From Callorhinchus milii (taxonomy: Eukaryota), in the NCBI RefSeq assembly GCF_018977255.1, contig NW_024704754.1, positions 14,570,001-14,634,000 of the forward strand: 64,000 nucleotides of DNA, read 5' to 3'. Shown here in pieces: positions 1 through 13,180 of this stretch. Both the position numbers and the translations under genes were made by a program. The notes beneath the pieces were generated by a model. That model worked only from the letters and a program-made list of their open reading frames with translations. It did not search any database and was not told where the DNA came from. Numbering within the stretch: position 1 is the stretch's first letter; each line of letters opens with the position of its first letter.

Positions 1-244
1 AGGAACCTATTATTAGTCAATTGGCAGATCACTTTGCCAGGGTATTAATTCCTTAAAAATAAATAAAAATAATTTGATCACTCAATCCACAACTGTTTGT
101 GGGATGCTGCTGTGTGCAATTGACTGTTGCATTTCGCCCACAAAATATACAGTCAAATCACTTTACAGTATATTCTGTGAAGCACTTTGAGATGTCTCGA
201 AGACCTGATAAGGCACTATATCAAATGCAAGGATTATTATTATT
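1..244 (+). mobile_element. tRNA-Ala/Deu SINE, 3' part (runs off the window start)
   Basis: Deu-like ctgtttgtgggatgctgctgtgtgcaattgactg, then ...ctatatcaaatgcaaggattattattatt tail shared with many other copies. Confidence 0.9.
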
Positions 245-2687
245 AATATATTACCAGTTCTGTGTTCACACCTCTGTCACCAGGAGAGATCAGTTAACAC
301 AAATTTGATATGAAACCTGGGACATTCGAGACCAGCTCCCAAGTCAGCACAATGAATTTACTGAGCCATGTAATTATTTTATGGCATTTTTCAAACAGTA
401 TATCTATTATATATATATTTATAATTCACATTCTGTTTGGCCTCTTAAAGTGTTTGCCATCAATGGCTTTCATGGCTGATAAGATGACAAGGAACCAACC
501 CAGTTAATTATGCCATAAACCAGTTAAAACCAGTTATATTGTAGAGGAGTGCTTGTTCTTGTAAGTAAAAATAAATTAGCTTCATTAACAATACAAAGTG
601 GAAACTGGAGGAATACACCACAGAGTATTTCTTTATTAAGTCTATTGAAGAGATGATATCATCACTCCTTAAACCATACAGGGCTATTCTCAAAAGTCTT
701 TTAAAACTACCTTCCATGAAATTAAAATGAATATTAAGGCGAAATAGAAAGTAGGATATATTCAAAAGTTGTTTCTATAATGAAATAAAGCACCTTATAA
801 AATTTATCATCTGTTGTAAATGTGGCCTTCAAGGCACTTGAGGCTATAATACAGTATTTCTACAATTAAGACAAATTACCTTTAATGTATTAAATTGTAG
901 ATGCCAGTAATACTTTACCCTTTCACAGTTTAATTGATTAAGATAACATTCCAGGTACATCAGGAGAATTGTGCTGCCATTCATTAATTTCAGTGAATGT
1001 TATGTCTGCTAGAATTCGATGAGATCTGTACTGTTTAGAGATCTCTAACCCTTCTCTCCAATCCCATCACTGTGTGTTCTGATTATTCACCCAAAGTAAT
1101 GCTGGAGGCAAGAGGTTATTACTGCCTGCCTTTCATTCTGGTCCCATCCATCAAGATCACTCTTGGTCTCAGTGCAGGCCTCCAAAACACTGCTTACTAA
1201 TTCTGCTTCTCTCAATGTGCTGAATGTGTTTCCAGTGCATCCGGATGTTAATTATTCACTGTGGATTTAAGGCTTTTTCCGATGAACAATCAAGGTCCTT
1301 GGATTTATTTAAACATATCTGTGCAAAATATGTTCTCAAAAGAAACATAAAAACCCAATTAGCTGAGAAAAGCAGTTTCCATTGGGGCCAAGCACTAATA
1401 TCCCAATCTTTTGAGCCTCAGTCATTTATCCTTTTTTTAATTAATCACAATCTAAGAGGTTTGTGGAAAAATGATGAATAATGTATGCCAAAGCTTTAGG
1501 TCAATTTAACTACCTAAACCTTATCCAGAGAGGCATGTTTCACCAATGTTATTAATTACCCCTATTATATTCTGTATCATGCAGTCAATGGCTCAATAAT
1601 TAGATTTTTTAAAGATTTTAATTTACAATCATTTTCCTCTCCCCCATCTCTGCCCCATCTTTACATATCTTTCTTCTCAGGATTATGGGTAGTGAGAGCT
1701 GATGCTTACTTAATTTCTTAACAAGATCCTATTGTGCAATAATGTACTAACGTCATGTTGTTTATATTCCATTCAAATCCGCCTCTGTGTGATGCAGCGA
1801 TGGTTCATCTTCTGATTCCCTGCCATCATTTCATGAATTTCCTACACCAATAAGCTCCTAAATTCCAATGCTGATAATTCAACTCTCCATCCACTAATAT
1901 CTATCAGATTTTTCACATATGCATGGGAATTTCCATTTGTCGTTACTTCGAGAGATCCACACTGCTCACCTAATCTAGAAAGGTATTGAGTACAAGTTGG
2001 CAAGAGTGAGTGAGGAGTCTGTCACTTTGATCTGCCCCTAGGACTCATCCTAAAATCTCTCCACTTCTTCACTCCCTCCCTCTCTGCTTTCAAAACCTGT
2101 GTCACTCTTTGAATGCAACTGCCCCCTATCCCCCCCCTCCACCCAAAATTTCTCTCCCAATTTGGGCTCCGATTCCATCTTCGCAAAATACTTTGAGACA
2201 TTCTCCCTATGTGATAGGTAATATTCCTTATATTTGGTATAGTGATTTTTATGTCAGGAGGACATTCTAAAGCACTCAACAGGATATACTGTAAACTCTA
2301 TGTAACAGCAACAACAAATTACATTTGTATAGCGCCTTTCACATCAGAAGTGCAAATTGTTGTTGAATAATCTCCTTCTGTGCTGTAAATATCAATGGTT
2401 TTGTTACTAACCTTCTCTCCACTCACAGTGTAATGTTTGAGTCATGAACTCATGTCATCTGAGTGTTTAGATGGGTAATCCACATCTCTCCAATCACAGC
2501 TCTGCTGCTCTTTGTCTTTTATCCATTGACATTCTTGTCCTATCTCCTCCAATCTCGATTGGAATGCCTCAATAAGCAAATTGGTGGCAATACATGTTGT
2601 TAAGAATGTCACTTAGATGAGTTGCCACACCCAGTAGAAAGGGAATGAAAGGTCAATCTGCTTATTAAGGTCAATCTTAGCAACTGA

Positions 2688-2925
2688 TCCTGTCCTCAAC
2701 TGATGTTCACACTTACCCACATATGTGGACCATCCAGCAGGGATGGATAGTAACCTCTCTTTGGATAACTATGGACAGCGATCAGGAGCTAGAACTGTGG
2801 TTGATTTTGGATTCCTGAAATCGATGAATGCCAATTGTAATACACACAGCTGTTCCAGCTGAGATTGGCACAAACAGAGCCTCGAATTTGGGATTTTCCT
2901 GGTCCATATTGCTCAGCTGCTAGAC
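2688..2925 (-). mobile_element. AmnSINE2-like ancient SINE fragment
   Basis: Minus strand reads ...gaccaggaaaatcccaaattcgag...atctcagctgg...ctcctgatcgctgtcc...cagttgaggacagga, matching my recollection of the AmnSINE2 body and other copies in this window. Confidence 0.55.
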
Positions 2926-2946
2926 AGTTCTTTGATGTGTTAGTGA

Positions 2947-3263
2947 GTCAGCCTGGTTCAGTTAGTAACACTCCTTCTTCTGACTCCAAAGGTTGTGGTT
3001 TCAGTCCCACTTTGGGACTTGAAATCCATATAGTCTAAGCTGACACTCCAATGCAGTGCTGTGGTTGTGCTGCATTGTCGGAGGTGCTGTCATTCGGATG
3101 AGATGTTAAAACGAGATCATTCACTCCATGGCCATAAGCGGGACATTGCTATGCGCAGAATTGGCTGTTGCATTTGCCCAGTCAGTCCACTTTGCAGCAT
3201 ATTTTGGGACATCCTCCTGACATGAAAGATGCTATATCAAGTGTAAGGATTATTTTTATTATT
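2947..3263 (+). mobile_element. SacSINE1-like DeuSINE (internally deleted)
   Basis: tRNA-like head cagcctggttcagttagt...ggttgtggtttcagtcccac, body gctgacactccaatgcagtgctg...ggatgagatgttaaa, Deu remnant and L2-like tail. Confidence 0.85.
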
Positions 3264-4939
3264 GTCGAATGAGTACTTTTTTAAAAAATTGTCATTTGTA
3301 GCTCAGAGATATGTTTGACCCATTGAGAATAAACAGTTCATTCTCACTGCTTGGCTCAGAACAAATTCTCCAGAACTATTTTTACAGTTTTGTGCTTGGG
3401 AGCTGATGGATGTTGAAGGTTTTTCCAATGAACCTTAGAGTGCTCTTGCAGTAGAATTGGTTTACCAAATGGGTGACATTTGGACTCTTGATTGACCTGG
3501 AGTATATGAACTCCTGTCTTCACACCTGCTTGAGGTACCTTCCCTGATCTCCCTCCCTTTAGGTATCTTAGCCACTCCTTTCTGTTGTCTCGTCACAGAA
3601 TATTGTCCACCTTAGGTCTTGCAACTTGTTTCCACCTCTAGACATTTCTCTTCCCTCCTTTAAGAATGTATTTATATATAATATATTTATATTTATGGTA
3701 TTTTATGCTTTTTAATATATAATTATTGTCTATTATCTATTGCATTTATAAGATTCTAGTTTCCCTTCCAACTTTTGTTGTGTTTGATTTTTTATTGCCA
3801 TTGGAAATTGGAAAAGTAACAATTTTTAAATAAAATACAAATAAAAGGGGCCATGATTAAAATGACGCTTCCCTTTTCTTTTTAAAAAAAAGCAAATTGA
3901 AAACACTTAAAATTTCCTGCCTGACTAACTGTACATCCACAGATAATAAACCCTTATGTGCTGGACACCACAGATTGAAAACAAGGACTACAATGGCTGA
4001 AAGCAGAGTAGCTTTAGCGTCTGACATACCAGCCAGAAATGCATAAATTCTGGTCAGTCAGATACCAGAAACATGACCAACGAACACTATCAGCCATTTA
4101 TCTTTAAAGATCTATATCAGCACACTGTCGTAATATCACTGATGCTAGAGGAAGAGCTTTAGGATACAGAGCCACTTACCAACAGGTCACTGTGAGACCC
4201 TGACAGCAGCATTTTTTAGAAAGGTCTGTAATGCATTGTCCAAGTACAGCTCAAAAACACCAAAGCTGACACAGTTTCCACAAAGAGATGCCTTCAGCAC
4301 TGTGAAGCAGATGGTGATGCCCTTGAGTTTCAGTGGATAAACCTGATCTGTGGGGATCTTCCTGAGGGATAGGATCTAGTTACCTATGGCAGAGAAAAAG
4401 AAAGGTTGTCAATGGAATAGGAGTGAGTGTCAACAATGCCCCAGCTTAAACTAACTTGTCATCCAATTAACCCCTTCAGTGAGGCAGGAAAGTCATGAAT
4501 TACCTGCCATCTGGCCGTCAGTCATCTGATATTGAAGCATCTTCCTTACAACAAATCCCATTCGCGTCTCTAAGTACAAATGAATGCCGTTACCTAACAA
4601 TCATGTGCACATCCACCACACAAACTGTTAGTCACACACATCTACTGGCTGTTATCCCAGTCTTCTGCTCACCCTCATACTCTTCAATATTCCTCTTTTT
4701 GAACATCTAATGTCCTTTGAACTCATATATGGAATCTGCTTTATGAACTTGTTGTGTAGGGCATTCCATAATCTAAACAATTGTTGTAGAAAGAAATGTT
4801 TTCTAACCACCCCTTTAAAACCTTGTGATTATTTTTAAGTTGTGCTTTCTCATTCCTTATCTGCTGACAAGTGGAAATAGTCTATTCCTACAAAGCAACT
4901 CTGTGACTCAGATCCAAACAATTAGACACCGTGTTATAA

Positions 4940-5210
4940 AATAATTGGCCCCTCGCCCCACTTCCTGGTCATCAGGTTGTTTCCAGCGCCTTGGGACGTC
5001 CTCCTGACGTGAAAGGCACTATACAAATACAATTTCCTGCTGTTGTTGCTGCTGACATCGCCTTCTGCTTCTGACTTAACCGTTAACTTTCTGTGCTCTG
5101 CGTATGTGTGTGCTGAAGTCGGCCAGTCTGCACTGGATCCTGGAGGCCAGGGACGCTACCTCATGTGAAGAGTGCTATATAAATGCAACTTGTTGTTGAA
5201 GTTGTTGTTC
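4940..5210 (+). mobile_element. two L2 LINE 3'-end stubs
   Basis: gcgccttgggacgtcctcctgacgtgaaaaggcactatac...(gtt)n, plus a second tail gggacgctacctcatgtgaagagtgctatataaatgcaacttgttgttg. Confidence 0.75.
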
Positions 5211-5779
5211 GAGGTGTGTGGCACATCTGTCACAGTAGTTCCCATGTTTTAAACAAACCCACACTCTAGTGAAGCTTTTTCATAATGGGGTTGCCCTATA
5301 CATGAAGTGTTACAGTCACACATTCATCGTACAGAGCAATATAACAATGATAGAAATGAAAAGCAGAAATTACATGCATTACAAGAGTTATTTAGCTCCA
5401 CAAAAAGACTTAGGTATTGGGCCTAAGTAATGTACACAGAGAGTAATACCTATCAAGATAAAAAAAAAAGTATTCTCAGTGATTCAAAGGCCAGCATTAT
5501 TTTGGATGGAAAAGTAAGATATGTGGGTAACCACCATCAGAAGTCTGAAATTTCTCTGTCACATATCGGTCGCTTGTCTTCCAATGCCTTACCATTGTAG
5601 TGAAGGATATTGTGGCTATGATCTCAAGATAAATAAATAACACCTCAAACTGTTGCGAGCTTTGCTAGTCAGATGGAACCATCAGTATTAAGGTTGCATA
5701 AAGAATCATACATTCAGCAGCTTAGGATAAAATTGTTTAGGATTGAGATGAAAAATAATCTTCACAAAAGAAGTTCAGA

Positions 5780-6430
5780 TGAAACAATCGGCCCATTTGA
5801 TCTCATCCTTCCAGATACACCCGACGACCTCCATCTTATCTAATCATTGCTCCCAGCTCATTTCTCTATCCATCCTCCCATCAAGGCATATTTTTTTAAA
5901 TCGGTCCTGGCCTCAACCAGCCTTCCTGGTAATGTATTAATTACCCTCTGGTTAAAGAAATACTTCTTTTTGATAATTCTGAAATTGCCCTTTTCAACAC
6001 TAAACCTATGTCCTCCTGTTCTGCTGTCTTGGTGCTTCCAGACGTATTGATCTGGGTGTGCAATCCTATTAAAATCTTATATACTCCCTCCAAAAAAAAA
6101 TTTGGTCACTCAATCCACAACTGTTTGTTGGACACTGATATGTGCAATTGGCTACTGCATTTCGCCCACAAAATACACAGTCAATCCACTATAAAATATA
6201 GTCTGTGAAGTGCTTTGAAAACGTCTCAACGTTATATATCAAATGCAAGGATTACTATTATTATTATAATTATAATAAACATATCTTTCAGAGAGAAAAC
6301 CTCTACCCTATCCAATCTTTCTTCATAGCTGAATCCACTGATCTCTAGTAAATCTCTGTAATATTCATCTTGTGGTGTGGTGACCGGAACTGAATACAAT
6401 TCTGCAAATGGAGTCTAATCAAGATTTTAT
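5780..6430 (-). mobile_element. degraded CR1 LINE 3' region, interrupted by a SINE
   Basis: CR1-like ggcccatttga, ctggttaaagaaatacttc and ccggaactgaatacaattctgcaaatggagtctaa (reverse of the RP.LEYC..W region). Confidence 0.6.
6085..6272 (+). mobile_element. tRNA-Ala/Deu SINE, 5'-truncated
   Basis: ggtcactcaatccacaactgtttg...caattggctactgcatttcgcccacaaaatacacagtcaa...caaatgcaaggattactatta. Confidence 0.9.
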
Positions 6431-6999
6431 GTAAACTTAACATTAAACCATTGAATGATTTTCACCTGTGTTATTGCCTATGTTCTAGCTCACATGAACT
6501 GGGGTTTATAGAGGAGGAAAGAAAACACATTCAATCTATTACATCTAATGCAAATCTAAGGGAACTCCAACATGTTGACAGGTGACAACATTAAAATAGG
6601 CAGCATAAGCCAAGCAACATGATCCACGGGAGAGTTTCAGCAGTGATGTGCCTGACCTCTAACCTTTGTTAAACAGGAGAATCTGAGTGACAGGACCTCA
6701 ATAACACCAAGCTGTAGAGAGCTCCTCTGATGTACTTATGCTGCAAGTTTCAAAAATATTTTCCTTACAATTTCATTTCAGAAAAGCATCTGAATCAATC
6801 ACAGAAGGAAGGACATTGCAGACGGTCTGAAGTGGAACTAACAGCCTCCTTGCATTGGCTTTAGTTTGAGACAATACACAGAATCGTTTCAGCCGTGAGT
6901 AACATACAAAGCTAATCGCTTTATGAAAAACCTTATTAGCTTAATGATGTTTGAGTATCATTTGTCTCACTCATATGTACTTCAAGATAACAAAACATG

Positions 7000-7246
7000 A
7001 ACACGCACATACAGAGGTACACACTCACACGCACACCATGGCAAATAGTGAGACATACATAATCAGCTAACACAGACACACACAAAGATACACATCCTCA
7101 CACACACATACACACAAAGATACACGTCCTCACACACACATACACACACACATGACACAAATTCACACACAAAGACATATGGTTGACTGGCATACACATC
7201 ATATACAGGGATGCACAATCTCCCACAAACACATATACACATACAC
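7000..7246. repeat. degenerate (CA)n-rich low-complexity tract
   Basis: Imperfect CA runs with a repeated unit cacaaagatacac(a/g)tcctcacacacacatacacaca. Confidence 0.85.
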
Positions 7247-8489
7247 TGAATGGGAAAGAAAGAATTATAAATTTCCTAATAAAAATCATTTGCGTTTTTC
7301 TCTGGAAAGCAAAATTCCATTTCGTGAGAATGAATCAAAGTTCAGCCTCTGTGACCTACAATATATAAAAACACAATGAATATTTTGCGGAGAAGACAGT
7401 CAATTGCATAAGCGGGAAAGAAAGACATTATTTATTATTAATGTCATAAATTTTCAAAATCAGAGAAATTTTACAAAATACAAAATTACAAAATCACATT
7501 TGTATAGCGTCTTTCACGTCAAGGGGAGTTCTAAGGCGCTTTAGACAAAAAGCTAAATAAGTTTTTCCAAGTCCTACAATTTTAAATATACTCACTGTCT
7601 TTCTCAATGCAGTTAAAGGGATACATCTCTCTCATTTACCGCTTGATCAGTCAGACCAGGCTGGAGATACAACAACTTGAACTTACGCAGCATCTTTTAA
7701 ATATTGGATATGTCCTTTTGAAGACAGAATGGGAGCCTAAGCTGGGAGGGAGATAGGGTGATAGTGGACATGTGGCCAAAGCTGCAGTCACGAGTCCAGC
7801 CAACAGGTCTTGGGGCAGGTTTGGAAAGCTGAAAGGCGAAGTGAGGTGAAGAGATATGGTAAGAGAGTTCCAAAGGACAAGTGGCTGAAAACTTGGCCAC
7901 CAATGGTCGGGTACAACGCAAAATATACAAAACAAAATTACATTTGTACAGCACCTTTCACATCAGAGGACATCCCAAGACCCTGATAGAACAAGTGGGA
8001 GTCATAAACCAGACCAGAGTTGGTGGCAGGGCAGGGGGAGCGGTCAAGGGAATAGGGATGCAGGAGATTGCAGAGGTGGGCGGCAAAGCTATGAGGCATT
8101 GATGGCAATGTTTAGTCGGCGGTACATCTGCAGGAACACAAATGAAGGACCCCCAGGCTAGCATTGTAGCAAAGCTCAGATCCTTAATTCAAGCTAGTAA
8201 CTGGTCACCCTGAATTTGATGAGTGAATTGATGGACTGGCTGAGGGACAGAACAATTTATTGATTTAGTTCACCTGGCTAGATCAATATTGTTTAATTAA
8301 TACAATAATATATCCTTTCAAGAGAAAATATATATTTCAGTTGCACCATATATTTTCAGACTATCTATTTGGTGAGTCTGTCAACATAGAACAGTGTCGT
8401 TTTTGTTCTTTTCGTTGGAAAAGAAAAGGTATTTGCAACATATAACAGATGTTTAAAAGAACACAAGAATACGCAAGACCAGAAAAGAC

Positions 8490-9175
8490 CACAACAACAA
8501 CAAATTGCATATAGCAGTTTTAAACATATGGCACCTTTCATGTCGGGAGGAAGTCCCAAGGCACTGGACAGTGAAGTGTTTGCGCATGAGCTAGGGGTGG
8601 GAGGTAAGAGGGGTGGAGGTAGGAAGCTGATCGAAGGTGCAATCAAAGAGGAAGGTCTTGAGATGGGCCTTGAAGGAGGCAAGGGAGGGGATAAGGCGGA
8701 GGGGCTCCGGGATGGAGTTCCAGAGGGTGGGGGCAGAAAAGCTGAATGCCTTACTGCCGTTGTTGGAGCGGGCAGGGCTGGGGACAAGGAGCAGGCCAGT
8801 GCCCACAGAGTGGAGGAAATGGACAGTTGGTAACATTTAAATAGGTCACAGTGGTATGGAGGAGCAAGACCTTGGAAGTCTTTAAAATTGAGGTTTTTTG
8901 AGAGTGAGGGTGATGATGGCTATTTTTAAGGGAGTGGGATGGTGCCAGTGGACAGAGATAGATTGATGATGTTTGTTAATAGGGAGGCAAGGAGGTGGAG
9001 CTGGGAGGTAAGGAGAGGGATAAGGATGGGGTCAATGGAGCAGGTGGTGGGCTCTATTTGGGAAATGCTAGATGTGAGAGAAGAGGGAAAGACAGGGTCA
9101 AAAGTGTGGAGGGAGGAATAGTTAGAGGCTGGAGGGGGAGGTGGGGAGCGGGTGACAGTAGAAATTGCAAAGGAT
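8490..9175 (-). mobile_element. L2 LINE fragment (ORF2 relics, 3' UTR, (GTT)n tail)
   Basis: Translations GSKAFSFSAPTLWNSIP..LASFKAHLKTFLF (ORF2 C-terminus) and PTTCSIDP..LLTNIINLSLSTG (start of RT); tail gggacttcctcccgacatgaaagg. Confidence 0.9.
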
Positions 9176-9828
9176 CTCCTCAATTTCACTACAGTCCACT
9201 GTCCAAGGTTTATTTTCAAACATTGTCTCTCCGTATCTCACATCACCCCCAATCTTCTTCAGTTCCCCTCTTGAAACTGCCCCTAATGCCATTTTGTACT
9301 AACTGTTTCACATGTTGGCCATCCCCTGTGGAAATCAGTTACTCTAAACTGTTTGTTCTCTTTCTTCTTCTGAGATTGAGACCATAACACTTTGTGTATC
9401 TTTTGACCCTATTGAATAAGGTTTTGAAATCTAATTAGTCTATTTTGATTAGGATCTGGGAGTGCTGTCAATCATCGCCAGTTCCTACAATCTTCCGCAT
9501 AGTTTGGGTCCTAATCCCATGGATTAATTTAGTCATACTTTATTGCACCTACTCCAATAGTTATCCAAGCAGAAAGAAACCCTGTAAAACATCCTGTGCT
9601 CTACCCTCTCTGCTTCTTAAAATCCCTCTTGATATTCGAATGGCAGTCACCCATCTGGGTCACACACAAAGTTTCAAGGGTGTTGATGAATCCCCCAGTT
9701 CCTGGGAACATCCACCATTCAGGATATATTCTCAGTTCCCAGTCTTGTAACCTTATGATTTACCTGCAGCAAGGTAAATGACTGCTATTTGTTCTTTACA
9801 AATAACAAGTCTGATTATATTATGGAAT

Positions 9829-9985
9829 TAATAATAATAATCCTTGCATTTGATATACCAAATGTAAGAATTATTATTATAGCACCTTATCATGTTTTTG
9901 AGACGTCTCAAAACACTTTACAGAATATACTGTAAAGTGAATTAACTGTATATTTTGTGGGCGAAACGCGGCAGCCAATTGCATA
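9829..9985 (-). mobile_element. tRNA-Ala/Deu SINE 3' part
   Basis: taataataatccttgcatttgatat...cacagaatatactgtaaagtgaatt...gtgggcgaaacgcggcagccaattgc. Confidence 0.9.
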
Positions 9986-10229
9986 TAGCAATTGCTGGGA
10001 ACAGACATGTGGGGCATGTTGCAATTGCCGAAGTAACTATTATTTATGTGTGTGTTTTTGCCAGGCAATTGAACTTCAGATTGCATCACAACATTGCCCA
10101 ATCCTATTCCCAACCAGTGGCCACACTTTGTAGCAGGCATATGGACAATGATCAGAAGTGGGTGCCCTTTCCATAGCCCAATGCAACAAAAGCCATTTGT
10201 AGCTAAACTCCTGCCCTGGGTGAAATACA

Positions 10230-10308
10230 CTAACTCAATACAGACCAGGGATTGAAACTGCAGTCTTCCACTCTGTAAGGCTTAGTCCCACACCAGGAGG
10301 CGATTAAT
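10230..10308 (-). mobile_element. AmnSINE2-like SINE head
   Basis: Minus strand cctggtgtgggactaagccttacagagtggaagactgcagtttcaatccctggtctgtattgagtta, close to the recalled AmnSINE2 5' region including the B box. Confidence 0.6.
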
Positions 10309-11899
10309 ATGATCATGTTAAGATTGAGATGCCAAGCCATTTGTTGAATAAGCTTAAAAGCAGTCCAGCGAAGTGCAGTCTTCACAGTGTGCACAGTGGT
10401 ACCATTATAGCGTAGAGTGCCATCATATACTCAGTATTGTTATCAACACCATGTGGACCATATCAGATATAGCAGAACAGCTCACACTGAGAGCCTGCCC
10501 ATGCTGTTGAGGGATAAGCAAATAACTGATGCCTGATCAATGCAAGGGGCAAGTAATGCTCAGACATAAAGGGGAGGCTGGACTGGCTGGATTGTTAGTG
10601 GTTGTTTCTCCTCATTACTGACAAGGCACATGTGATCAAGGCCTCAGTCCTTCCTTTGAATAGTTCAGAAACAACCAAATTTAGTATTGGCATCGTTGTA
10701 TCTCAACAATACTACAAAAGTTCCTGTTCCCATTCTCTCTGTGAGAGAGACTTGTTGCAATCAACTTTAAGTGAAAAAAACAAAATTCTCTTAAGAGGCA
10801 GCTGTTGTAGTGATATCAGGGACCCACATCCTGCTCCATTCTCTACTGCCGTTCCCTGCACTCTGCCTTTCTCCAGTTTATATAATAGAGCCAATGAAAC
10901 AGCCCAGATGACTGACAGGTATTTCTGTGCTCAGCTGCACTCTCACAATGAGCTCCTTTAATGTGGTGAGACCAATTAGCTCACTTTAACTTTTCCTGCG
11001 GCTTCATTCTTGCCTGCAGTGCATGTCACAATATTTACTCCTATAGCAGCTAAGTCAGTGCAGGCAAAGGGCATGTCAAGCGATAGATACCTTTCACGCT
11101 GCCCAGTGCTGCCTGGTAATGTGCTCCTCAGCTCTCTTATGAAAACGGAATGCAGGCAAGTTATCATTTAGCCAATATCTAAGTTGTCAGATACATGAGA
11201 CAATAAAGAGAGACAGACTGAACTATCACTTGATCTGCTTCCTTTTACACTATCTTTTTACAGGCCAAATGATTCACTTTTCTTTTTGATCTTTTCGATC
11301 AGCAAACTATCCCTAACCATTACTGACAAGGCACATGCGATCAAGTGCATAGAGTATACTTAATCAAACCTAGTCAAAGCAATGTTACAAATTCATTAAG
11401 TGTCCTAATGACTGCCTTTTATCAGCACTTCTGAACAGGCGCATTCAATCAGCAAGCATACAATGAGATATGCATTGGCCCATATACTGTGTTTATGAAT
11501 TTATGAATTTAACAAGCATATCATGATGAGTTGTGCTGCTCAGGGAGTTCTCGGTACTTGCTATTCACCTAGTGAGGACTGAAACCTGCACTTATCAGAT
11601 GTCAAATGACCACCTGGTTGCTGCCCTCGGTGGGTGGTGGGAAGGGAGAAGTAAGTGGAGTCTTTTGGGAGCTGAGCTGGCTCCAATTCTGTAGAATTCT
11701 GGTGGCTGCAACTTAAGGGATCTCCCAAGCCTGGAGTTAGTGCAGAGGTGAGCAACAAAGAGTTACCTGTGTTGGAGGAAGGACCTATGATTTGATAAGC
11801 AAGAGCTCTTCATCCTTGAAAAGGGGGTATTTCAGAATGAGATTATAGAGTGTAGGAGATGCTTATGGAATTCAGAAAGTTAACAGTACCTTCAGATTT

Positions 11900-12130
11900 G
11901 CCAAGGCTTAACAAGATGGCACAAGTTCATGGACTCGATGATTAATTTTAGGTTAGATACCAAGAAGTATTTATTTACACATAGGATAATCAATAATTGG
12001 AATGAGTTACCAGAAAGTGATAGAGGCCAGAACACTAGGATTTAAGAAACAACTTGATAGTTTACTGAGAAGACAGTAGGATGAGATCAAATGAGCTAAA
12101 GGCTGTTCTTCACCAAAACTGATCTTATGA
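11900..12130 (+). mobile_element. CR1 LINE 3' end, degraded
   Basis: tttatttacacataggataatcaataattggaatgagttacca (FF.QRV...WN.LP), then gatttaagaaacaacttgat and tail relic tcttatga. Confidence 0.7.
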
Positions 12131-13052
12131 AGCACAAAGATTTATAAGAGCAAAATGTCTCTCAAGTACTGCAAAAATAAATATTTCTCATTCTTCATCA
12201 TTGGACAAATAATTTCTGACCAAATCTACATCAAAATGTATACCATGTAAGATCCAATGATACTACATTATGTCCAATTTATCAGTTTATCAATGGTTAT
12301 ATATTATTTTGTTAAGGTTGAACAAGTTTTTTAAATGAGATGTATGACCTTAACTGACATTGTTGTCAGCAGAATCATTAATCTTGTAAATCAATATGTG
12401 TATATATATATATATACAAAACATATTTGAGAAAATACAACATTAACTGGAATGTATTGTGCTTGACACTTTGCCAAAGCTGAGGGATAGAAACACAGAG
12501 AAATGTCAGAATAGAACCATAAAAAACAATATGTGTTCATGGATGATACAACCACAATAACCTGCATTGATATAGTGCTCTTCACATGGGTAATATCTCA
12601 ATACTAATGATCCACTCAAGGTGGAGGTAGAAATTTCAAGACCAGATGAGGAGGTTCCAAGAATGATATGTATTGATGATATGTATTTTGTTTAAGAGCT
12701 GTTTGGCAGGCTGAAGGAGGGAGAAGGAATCAAGGGATATGAGAGGAGTAGAGGAAGTAGATATTAGGAGGGTAGAGGTGCATAGGATCTAAAAACTGTC
12801 ATGGCCCAGTTGGTCTGAATGGCCTGTTCTGGGCTGTATAGTCTATGAGGCTATTTATTGTAGAAAGCATAATGTGAGATGGCATGGAGTTATTACGAAC
12901 GAATGGTGTGATTGCTCATGTCTTTAAGGTACATAATGTGAGCCTGGTCTACATTTATTTCTTTACTTCCGGAAAATACATTTATATGATATTTATACTG
13001 AAACACTCTGAGTCACTTCCCTGCCTGAAGAGTGCCCTATACATGCAAGTTG

Positions 13053-13180
13053 TGCCGCGTTTCGCCCACAAAATATACAGTCAATTCAGTTTACAGTATA
13101 TTATGTGAAGCGCTTTGAGACGTCTCGAATACGTAATAAGGCGCTATATCAAATACAAGGATTATCATTATTATTATTGT
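13053..13180 (+). mobile_element. tRNA-Ala/Deu SINE 3' part
   Basis: tgccgcgtttcgcccacaaaatatacagtcaattc...gagacgtctcgaatacgtaataaggcgctatatcaaatacaaggattatc. Confidence 0.9.

Noticed and set aside
99-308. Recurring short ORFs such as [19 protein letters not shown] / [11 protein letters not shown] as a peptide family
   Set aside because: These are chance translations of the non-coding SINE, repeated wherever the SINE occurs.
11523-11582. C/D box snoRNA (ATGATGA...CTGA)
   Set aside because: There is no terminal stem and no rRNA-complementary guide that I can identify.
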